A stretch of DNA of 64,000 nucleotides from Mobula hypostoma (taxonomy: Eukaryota): assembly GCF_963921235.1 (NCBI RefSeq), contig NC_086108.1, positions 68,016,001 through 68,080,000 of the forward strand, given 5' to 3'. The position numbers were made by a program, and so were the translations under genes. The notes beneath the pieces were generated by a model that did no database searches, had not been told where the DNA came from, and saw only the letters and a program-made list of their open reading frames with translations. Numbering within the stretch: the first letter of the stretch is position 1; each line of letters opens with the position of its first letter. Shown here piece by piece: positions 54,926 through 64,000 of this stretch.

Positions 54926-55964
54926 GTCAACTCTACAATTATCATTTTACAAAAATAACCATTTTCAAACATCCACCCTATCCACATTGTAGTTACTGGC
55001 AAACTGGTGATTAGATGTAATTTAAAAGACTTTAATCTCTGGAATGTGTTTACATGAATTATTATGGATTTGATGGTTTAATGTAAAATTTCACACAGAC
55101 ATGCCCTGTCCAGGTCAACATGATTTTCATAATGTAGCACAAACTAATATTAATTCAATGAAGTTGCCAATTATACTTAACAACCCGTCAAACTCCAAAA
55201 CTATTCTGAGCATGTCATTTCAATTGGATCATGGAACTCATGTTCGTCTCAAGAAAAATCCTACTGTAATTCTTCATCTTGGATGAATTTTTCTAGCATC
55301 TCAAGATACTAAGAATTACTTTAATGCTAATTTGTTTAAGCTATATACATACACATACTTGGTCTTTCTGTATGAATGATAGATGCTAAGAAGTAATGAT
55401 TCTTTTTCCAGAGAAATGAAGACCTGAACAAAGTATTTCAGTTGCATAATTCCACATTAGATAACTGCCTTTATCTTGTATTTTTTTGCCACAGATGAAC
55501 ACAAATGGGCACTAACTTAAAGTACCCAAGGGGACATCAACTGGCTGTACAAAAATGACTGGTAAGATGGCAGTGTACACGGTCACAATGGCCACTTCGG
55601 GTCCAACCAAAGGTGCAATTGTTCATCCTTTATGTCTTTTTTTTTTACTTTCGGAAGACACTGCTAGTTACCAAGAACATCCATCAAGTATTACAGGTCT
55701 ACCCCACCAACGAGTTGTTTGATAGCAATGGAGCAGGACTTGGTGTGGACTAATTTGCTGCCTGCTACAGAAGCGTGTGGGGGGTCAGTGCGTGAAGGCA
55801 GTGTGTAATCTAACAGTCAGAGTGAACAATTGTCTTGGACATTTTTCTTGTGATTGCAAGACCCTGCTGGACATTGGTAATGTAGAATACGCAAGTACAG
55901 TTCAATAGTTCATTGGCGAGACTGACAGCGGGGGCAGCTGCGTGGCCTCAGTTGTGGTGCGGAC

Positions 55965-57749
55965 AAAATCTCAAGGGGAATAAATCACCTGAGCCTGATG
56001 GACTGCATCCCAGAGTTCTAAAAAAGGTAGCTGAAGAGGTTGTGGAGGCATTTGTGGTGATCATACAAAAATCACTAGATTCTTGAAAGGTTCCAGAGAA
56101 GTGCAAAATTCCAAATGTTATTCTACTCTTTAAGAAGGGAGGGAAGCAGAAGAAAGGAAATTAGAGGCCAGTTAGCCTGACTTCAGTGGTGGAGAAGATG
56201 TTGTCCATTATTAAGGAAGAGGTTTCTGGGTATTTGAAGGCACGTGATAAAATAGGTCAAAGTCAGCATGATTTCCTGAAGGGGAAATCTTGCCTAATGA
56301 ATCTGTTGGAATTCTTTGAGGAAATAACAGGTAGGATAGACAAAGGGGAGTCAGTGGATGTTGTTTGGATTTCCACTCACAAGGCTGCTTAACAAGATAA
56401 GAGCCCGTAGTATTACAGGAAAGTTACGAGCATGGATAGAAGATTAGCTAACTGGCAAGAGGCAGAGAGTGGGAATAAAGGGGGCCTTTTCTGGTTGGCT
56501 GCTTTTGACTAGTGGTGCTTCACAAAGGTCGGTGTTAAGACCCTTTCTTTTTACATTATATGTCAAGAATTTGGCTGATACGAATATGGAAGGGTGAATA
56601 GTGTTAAGGAAGCAGAGGTACTTAGCCATAGTGGGAGAATGAGCAAAGAAGTAGCAAATGGAATATTACATAAGGAAATACACGGCCATGCACTTTGGTA
56701 GAAGGAATAAAGGTATAAGCTATTTTTAAATGGTATGAAAATACAAAAATTAGAGGTGCAGAGGGACTTGGGAGTCCTTGTGCAGGATTCCCTAAAAGTT
56801 AACTTGCAGGTTGAGTTGGTTGTAAGGAAGGCAGATGCAATGTTAGCATTCTTTTCAAGAGGGCTAGAATATAAGAGTAAGAATGTCATCCTGAGCCTTT
56901 ATAAGGCATTGGTCGGACCACACTTGGAGTACAGTGAGCAGCTTTGGGCCCCTTATCTACAAAAAGATGTGCTGTCATTGGAGAGGGTCCCAAGGATGTT
57001 CATGAGAATGATTCTGGAAATGAATGGGTTAGCGTATGAGGAGCATTTGATAACTCTGGACCAGTCCTCAATGGAGATTAGAGTCAGAATCAGGGTCAGG
57101 TTTAATATCACTGGAATAAATCATGAAATTTGTTAACTTTGTGGCAGCAGTACAATACAATGCATGATAATATAGAAAAATAAATAAGTAAATCAATTAC
57201 AGTAAGTATATATATATTTGTTAAATAGTTAAATTAAAAATATTGCAAAAACAGAAATAATATAAAAAAGTGAGGTAGTGTTCATGGGTTTAATGTCCAT
57301 TTAAGAATTGAATGACAGAGGGGAAGAAGCTGTTCTTGAATGGCTGAGTGTGTGCCTTTAGACTTCTGTACCTCTTTCTTGATGATAACAATGAGAAGAG
57401 AGTGTGGCCTGAGTGAAGGGGGTCCTTAATAATGGATGCTGCCTTTCTGAGGCCCCACTTCTTCAAGATATCTTGGATACTATGGAGGCTAGTAGCCAAG
57501 GTGGAAGGGTGGGGTGGAATCTCACTGAAATCTATTGAATATTGAAAGGCCTAGATAGAATCAATGTGGATAATATATTTCCTATAGTCTAGGATCAGAG
57601 AGCACTGCCTCAGAATAGAGGGATGTCCATTTCGAACAGAGATCAGGAGGAATTTCTTTAGCCAGAAGATACTGAATCTGTAGAATTAATTGCCACAAAT
57701 GGCTCTGAAGTCCAAGTCATGAATTATATTTAAAGCAGAGATTGAAGGG
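55965..57749 (+). mobile_element. Old CR1 hosting the ERV (continues at 63847-63990)
   Basis: ORFs 56186 and 56735 are CR1 RT pieces. The sequence GAGATTG at about 57744 resumes as ATAGGTTCCTGATTAG at 63847, matching the CR1 at 40845-40870. Confidence 0.88.
57080..57500 (-). mobile_element. Rex1/Babar-type 3' fragment inserted in the CR1
   Basis: ORF 57290..57499 (KAASIIKDPLHSGHTLFSLLSSRKRYRSL). Confidence 0.8.
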
Positions 57750-58140
57750 AGTAACATTGAATCAGGGTTGCAGGTCTGGCAAGTGAGACAGAAAACACTG
57801 ATTGAAAATAAGTATATTAATCATTTATTTACAGACAGTAAAAATTCGACCGAACATACATATTCACCAAGTTATAGAAACCACAAAGCTGAATATTCAA
57901 CAAACATATTTAGTTAAAAACGTGTGCAGAACATACCTTCCCAATGGTTGTGTGCACCACTTGCCTTAAACAAAGGAAGAGAGAAGAAGCCCCTTCCGAG
58001 TGCTATTTTATACCTAGGATATTTGAAACTGGACACCAGGCAGCTCAACAATGGGAAAAGCAACTGCAGTTTCTATACTAAACTATCACAGCAGAAGTGA
58101 CTTTCAACAACCAGAATAAGCCATGCCCCCACAGGGCACA
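57750..58140 (-). repeat. ERV 3' LTR
   Basis: Alignable along its length to 63456-63846. Minus-strand TATA (GGTATAAAATA, about 58010) and AATAAA (about 57825). Confidence 0.88.
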
Positions 58141-58182
58141 CTGACCCTCAAAAGTTGCAACAATGATGGTCCAACCCACAGA

Positions 58183-58429
58183 CTAGAATGACTCTTGCAA
58201 ACTCCCTTTGTTATATATAAAACACAAGAGTACAATACCCAACCCGGAGTGTAATAGCCAACAAGCTGGAACCCCATTTAATCTTATACACTGACTCTCA
58301 GATATGATCAACCAGATGAGTGATGTAACCCAGCCAGTCAGGAATGTAGGTGCAGCATTCTTGACAAATAACAGTACAAGTGCCACCTTTCTTTGTGAGC
58401 AGGTTATCGAAGGTAATTGAAATCATTTC
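58183..58429 (-). pseudogene. env: ERV env TM subunit (ISD end, CX6CC, membrane anchor)
   Basis: ITFDNLLTKKGGTCTVICQECCTYIPD followed by the hydrophobic WLLHSGLGIVLLCFIY. Confidence 0.88.
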
Positions 58430-60230
58430 ATAGAAACATAGAAAATAGGTGCAGGAGTAGGCCATTCGGCCCTTCGAGCCTGCACCGCCATTTATTATGA
58501 TCATGGCTGATCATCCAACTCAGAACCCCGCCCCAGCCTTCCCTCCATACCCCCTGACACCCATAGCCACAAGGGCCATATCTAACTCCCTCTTAAATAT
58601 AGCCAATGAACTGGCCTCAACTGTTTCCTGTGGCAGAGAATTTCACAGATTCACCACTCTCTGTGTGAAGAAGTTTTTCCTAATCTCGGTCCTAAAAGGC
58701 TTCCCCTCTATCCTCAAACTGTGGCCCCTCGTTCTGGACTTCCCCAACATCGGGAACAATCTTCCTGCATCTAGCCTGTCCAATCCCTTTAGGATCTTAT
58801 ACGTTTCAATCAGATCCCCCCTCAATCTTCTAAATTCCAACGAGTACAAGCCCAGTTCATCCAGTCTTTCTTCATATGAAAGTCCTGCCATCCCAGGAAT
58901 CAATCTGGTGAACCTTCTTTGTACTCCCTCTATGGCAAGGATGTCTTTCCTCAGATTAGGGGACCAAAACTGCACACAATACTCCAGGTGTGGTCTCACC
59001 AAGGCCTTGTACAACTGCAGTAGTACCTCCCTGCTCCTGTACTCGAATCCTCTCGCTATAAATGCCAGCATACCATTCGCCTTTTTCACCATCTGCTGTA
59101 CCTGCATGCCCACTTTCAATGACTGGTGTATAATGACACCCAGGTCTCGTTGCACCTCCCCTTTTCCTAATCGGCCACCATTCAGATAATAATCTGTTTT
59201 CCTATTTTTGCCACCAAAGTGGATAACTTCACATTTATCCACGTTAAATTGCATCTGCCATGAATTTGCCCACTCACCCAACCGATCCAAGTCACCCTGC
59301 ATCCTCTTAGCATCCTCCTCACAGCTAACACTGCCACCCCAGCTTCGTGTCATCCACAAACTTGGAGATGCTGCATTTAATTCCCTCATCCAAGTCATTA
59401 ATATATATTGTAAACAACTGGGGTCCCAGCACTGAGCCTTGCGGTACCCCACTAGTCACCGCCTGCCATTCTGAAAAGGTCCCGTTTATTCCCACTCTTT
59501 GCTTCCTGTCTGCTAACCAATTCTCCACCCACACCAATACCCTACCCCCCAATACCGTGTGCTTTAAGTTTGCACACTAATCTCCTGTGTGAGACCTTGT
59601 CAAAAGCCTTTTGAAAATCCAAATATACCACATCCACTGGTTCTCCCCTATCCACTCTACTAGTTACATCCTCAAAAAATTCTATGAGATTCGTCAGACA
59701 TGATTTTCCTTTCACAAATCCATGCTGACTTTGTCCGATCATTTCACCGCTTTCCAAATGTGCTGTTATCACATCCTTGATAACTGACTCCAGCAGTTTC
59801 CCCACCACCGACGTTAGGCTAACCGGTCTATAATTCCCCGGTTTCTCTCTCCCTCCTTTTTTAAAAAGTGGAGTTACATTAGCCACCCTCCAATCCTCAG
59901 GAACTAGTCCAGAATCTAACGAGTTTTGAAAAATTATCACTAATACATCCACTATTTCTTGGGCTACTTCCTTAAGCACTCTGGGATGCAGACCATCTGG
60001 CCCTGGGGATTTATCTGCCTTCAATCTCTTCAATTTACCTAACACCACTTCCCTACTAACAGGTATTTCGCTCAGTTCCTCCATCTCACTGGACCCTCTG
60101 TCCCCTACTATTTCTGGAAGATTATTTATGTCCTCCTTAGTGAAGACAGAACCAAAATAATTATTCAATTGGTCTGCCATGTCCTTGCTCCCCATAATCA
60201 ATTCACCTGTTTCTGTCTGCAGGGGACCTA
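58430..60230 (-). mobile_element. Young 5'-truncated CR1 inserted in env
   Basis: Nearly identical to 47779-49585. CATTTC duplicated at 58424-58429 and 60231-60236. Confidence 0.95.
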
Positions 60231-61100
60231 CATTTCCTGGACAGCCTGACCATACCATGCTGAGAAAGGCTATTATTCAAAAACCTACCTTCCTTCCTTT
60301 GTAAGAGCCCTCTTACCAATCAGCATGGACAAGAGGAGCAACATATGGCACATCATATCAACCACACCATCCTGTAGGTTTGGGAACTGTATATCCAGTA
60401 AGTGCCATTCAGCATCTATTAAATGCTCACCTTCACAACACCATTTGGCATAGATACAGCTGTCCCAGGATACTGTTCCTGTTCACACTTGCCATCCACC
60501 TTGCCCCTTGTACCTGTACTCAACATACCACCTACACCAATACTCTGTCATGCAGGGAAATCACTTTAAGAGTCATGACATTCCAATTAAACAAACGGTG
60601 CATTGGGAAATACCAGGACTTAAAACACTTACTCCACAGGGGTTAATGAGGTTGAAGTCCCTTAAAGCTGTTACCATACTCTGGGTCAAAGATGGCTGGA
60701 ATAGACCACTCTCTCCCAGCTTCCCCAAAACAGAATGCCAAAATGCGAGAAGCCAGATAATTTCCCTTTCTCTTTGGCGTCAAAGGGATCAATATGAGTG
60801 GCATCCCTTTTGTAATGTAGTAAAGAGTCCTCATACAAATTCAGAAATCTGACCCATTGGTCCAGTGTGTAAATTCAAATGCCATTGCCAGGGGTATACC
60901 ACAGGATTTCCTGCCACAAGTCAGCATCCACCACTTTACTATTCTGTAATGCAGGGAGATACAAATGCACTTGCCCCTGATTAGTCACTGGATATTTAGG
61001 GGGAAAAAAACATAACAGAACTACTGGAAGTGCTTCCCAAATGTTTATGTTCCTCTGAAATACGGGCATCTCATATCCAGAATAAAGTTGCCTAAATTTC
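60231..61100 (-). pseudogene. env: ERV env SU region, furin site and start of TM, decayed
   Basis: The minus strand reads PKPTGWCG*YDVPYVAP, then (frameshifted) GKR|ALTK and FSAWYGQAVQEM, which rejoins ISITFDNLL across the CR1. The upstream limit is uncertain. Confidence 0.6.
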
Positions 61101-61414
61101 TATCCCATCAACTCAAATTTCATATGGCCAATATGAAATGTGAGTCATACCTGAAACCAATTGCACGGGTAAACAAATAACAAAGTAGCAGATTAAGACT
61201 CAAAAAAGTAACTGACTAAAAATCACAAGAAACAAACTAACAAATCAGAACACAAAATGTATGCTATACTCCTCTTCTTTACATCTCCATATGAAACTGC
61301 AAAAACTTAAAACAGTTAATTTTGCACAGAGAAGTAACCCACTTATCAGAGATCAACTGAGAAGGAGAAAACAACTGGGTGGGGCCCAGTGCATTCACAA
61401 AGAGCTGTGGGCCC

Positions 61415-61685
61415 GGACGACATCAGGCCAAGTGTATTCAAGGTGTGTGTTGCTCGACTGGGTTCTCCCTGTGGCTACAAGACTCTATAACTCTTCTTCC
61501 TTAAGTATATGGTTTCATTTCACATCTGTATTTTGCACTATTACTTTTTAATGCACAGTTTGTATTTTTTTCATACAGTACCTCAGTGCTTACAGTTTCC
61601 ATTTTAAAGTATATATTTCTGACTGAGCAACCTTGCAACAATAATTTCCTTCAAGATAAATAAAGTTCTGTCTTATCTTTAGTGC
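61415..61685 (+). mobile_element. Short LINE 3' tail inserted in the ERV
   Basis: Opposite orientation to the ERV; ends AATAAAGTTCTGTCTTATCTT. Confidence 0.5.
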
Positions 61686-61899
61686 AAAGTCCTCACACAC
61701 ATACAAGCAAATTGACGCGTGTGGTCACACTTCACATTTCTCCGCATTCAAATCATTCAAACTCTATCCACAGGGAAAAGGGACGCGGGCCAAATGACTG
61801 CCTCCTACAACAATGAGGCACAAATGTGCTAATTACCCTCTGATGCCCACTGCTGCTGAATGATAGCCAAGGTCCTTTGTAGGGAATTCTGAATGGAAC

Positions 61900-63420
61900 A
61901 TGAAGAACTTGGCAAAGGTCTAAAGGAGCCCTTATCTGCAGAGGGCCTGAAGAATAACTCTTCCCTCTCAACAGCCTCCCTTACTTGTTTCCCCGGACAG
62001 TACTTCCTCCACATTGCATTGAGGGTGGGGATGGGAACCCCAGCTCATGCTCCCCCAGGACCCCAGCTTTGAGCAGCACTGAAAACATTTCTTTATGGGA
62101 CATGTAGGATCCCCCACTCAACATCTGCAATCCAACTTCCATACCCGGCTATGCGCTCCCTCTTCTACATACTCTAAACCTTATAATAATTGAATCGCTG
62201 TACTTATAGAACGGCCAGCAGCTGGTGCTAGTAAAGACAGCAGTATTCCCTCAGGTGTAACCACATGTCTTATCAAACCAGAAGTTAATTCAACATCCTT
62301 TGGTGGGCTAACACTATTCTGGTATAATTCTGTGATGAGATCCCACTCGCATAGAACTTTAGTATCCTCCTCTACTGCAGTCCATTCTGCTTGGAATTTT
62401 AAATTCTGTTCAGAAAGAGCATGATACTTGAATTTAACCACTGCCATTACCAAATCCAATTGTGATACATAATGCTCAGGGGAAGCAAGTAGCATTCTCC
62501 AGGCATTATTGATCAAGCATTAGGACTATAGGCTCTCTGAAGCACCCACCCATCTGTTTGATAGGCTCACTCCAGTACACCCCTCGTCCCACATCCTCAA
62601 TAAACACACAGCAAAGATTCCCAGACTTTTGTCTGCAGCTGTCCCCTAAACTCGATAATTCCTTAGCGGGAACTCCCTGAGCTCTGTTGTCTCAAAGGTA
62701 CCCACCTACCATCCCCCACACATTCCCGATCCCTCTTCCCGCACCACCCCCCCCCCCGAGAGGAAGAAGCTGCGGGTGTGGGAACACAGGATTTCCATAT
62801 TATTTTGGATACGCAGGGGAGAGGGCGATCATTTTTAGAATTGAACCGAGTGGTCCACGATACCCTCTCTCCTTTATTTTCATTATCCACCCAGACATTC
62901 CCATCCCCCAGCCCCACAGTAGGATCATCGCCCCACCTCATCATGGCTTGAACTTTAACAGGGTTGGGTTGCCAACCAGCTCGGGGCACAGCACCTAAGT
63001 GCTGTATCTTCATTAGCTGACGAGCTATTTCTATACTCTTATCCTCTAACTTCGCAGCTCGAGTCTGGGCCATCAGCAATGATTCTCTCAGAACAATACA
63101 GTGCTGATTGAGGCTCACAACCTTGTCCTTCACCATTTTATACTGATGCCTTACGATCACTGAAAACAGTCAGAAAGCATCCTGACAGCTATCCTTTCTC
63201 CTGGGATGACCCAGTGATTTAAATATGGAAACAAGGTGCTGTCCTATTTCAACCCCAGTGAAATCTAACTGGTCTGACCAACCTCCTGGCATCCCATAAT
63301 CTATCAGTAGGTTTAGCGAGACTTCCAAAGCCCTTTCTGTTATCTGTCCACTCTGGGACTCTGCTTCTCTCAGACAGGGCTCCCTCTCTTTTAAAGAATC
63401 TTTTAAAGAAATGCATTTCT
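61900..63420 (-). pseudogene. gag: ERV gag, class III (ERV-L/S-like), frameshifted
   Basis: PVKVQAMMRWGDDPTVGLGDGNVWVD (compare ERV-L VKVRALIGKEWDP..WDGDVW); ELSSLGDSCRQKSG..LLRMWDEG at about 62580-62660 (compare QKSGE..WILRVWDNG); EWTAVEEDTKVLCE...PKDVELT. Confidence 0.75.
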
Positions 63421-63434
63421 ACTCAAGTAGCCAT

Positions 63435-63452
63435 ATCCTGCTGGCAGCACCA
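63435..63452 (-). promoter_or_regulatory. Primer binding site, tRNA-Ser-like
   Basis: TGGTGCTGCCAGCAGGAT lies 3 nt after the LTR-terminal CA. It matches 15/18 to TGGCGCTGTGAGCAGGAT (vertebrate tRNA-Ser(CGA) 3' end, recalled from memory). Confidence 0.7.
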
Positions 63453-63455
63453 AAA

Positions 63456-63846
63456 TGGAACGTTGAATCATCAGATTCACCTATCTGGAGACTTAGACAG
63501 AAAACACTGACTGTGAATAAGTACGTTAATCATTTCTTTACAACAGTAAATATTCAACCAAACATTCATGTTCCCCAACTTAGAGAAACTACAAAGCTGA
63601 ATATTCAACAAACATACTTAGTTAAGAGCACACACAGAGCATACATTCCCAATGGCTATGTGAACCGCCTGCCTGAAGGAAAGCAAGAGAAAGAAAGCCT
63701 CTTCCACTTGTTATTTTATACCTGAGGTATTTGAAACTGGGCACCAAGTGGTTTACCAATGGGAAAAGCAGTTGCAGTTTCTAAACTAACCAATCACGAC
63801 AGAAGTGACTCTCAACAATCAAAATAAGGCACTGACCCACAGAACA
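63456..63846 (-). repeat. ERV 5' LTR
   Basis: On the minus strand it starts TGTTCTG and ends TTCCA. TATA GGTATAAAATA at about 63715. Confidence 0.88.
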
Positions 63847-63990
63847 ATAGGTTCCTGATTAGTCAGGACATCACAGGTTATGGGGAGGAGGCAGGAGAGT
63901 GGAATTGAGACAGATAATAAATCAGACATAATGAAATGGCGGGGCAGACCCAATGGGCTGAATGGCCAAATTCTGCTCCTATCTCATACA
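63847..63990 (+). mobile_element. 3' end of the CR1 split by the ERV
   Basis: ATAGGTTCCTGATTAGTCAGG...GGCCAAATTCTGCTCCTAT, a CR1 3' UTR. Confidence 0.85.
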
Positions 63991-64000
63991 ATTTAAGACA

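Larger units (their letters stand above)
57750..63846 (-). mobile_element. Endogenous retrovirus, class III (ERV-S/ERV-L-like) gag with gamma-type env, pol apparently deleted
   Basis: Direct repeats of about 390 bp, PBS, gag motifs, env furin/ISD/CX6CC motifs, and an inferred 5-bp TSD (ATAGG 63847-63851; decayed AAGGG 57745-57749). Confidence 0.88.

Noticed and set aside
58497..59189. Long plus-strand ORFs over the CR1 copies
   Set aside because: Antisense shadow frames of CR1 ORF2.
1..64000. CRISPR arrays, rRNA/tRNA genes, prokaryotic operons
   Set aside because: None seen. The sequence is vertebrate repeat-rich DNA, and the tRNA-like pieces are SINE heads or the PBS.

Overview
Eukaryotic (vertebrate) repeat-dominated genomic DNA. 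The repeat families (CR1 with (CATAGAAA)n tails, V/HE1-like SINEs, Penelope pLTRs, Rex1-type LINEs) point to a cartilaginous fish, probably a ray; this is inference. No intact host gene can be supported. The window holds a full-length decayed L1-clade LINE with TSD, several CR1 and Rex1-type fragments, Gypsy remnants including a clean solo LTR, Tc1 and hAT/Buster relics, and Penelope inverted-pLTR insertions carrying minimal hammerhead ribozymes. Two items stand out. (1) A minus-strand endogenous retrovirus at about 57750-63846: two LTRs, a tRNA-Ser-like PBS, a class III (ERV-L/ERV-S-like) gag, no recognisable pol, and a gamma-type env (CX6CC) split by a young CR1. (2) An intronless reticulocalbin/calumenin mRNA fragment fused directly to the 5' end of a CR1. 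Coordinates of old repeats are approximate and were read by eye.
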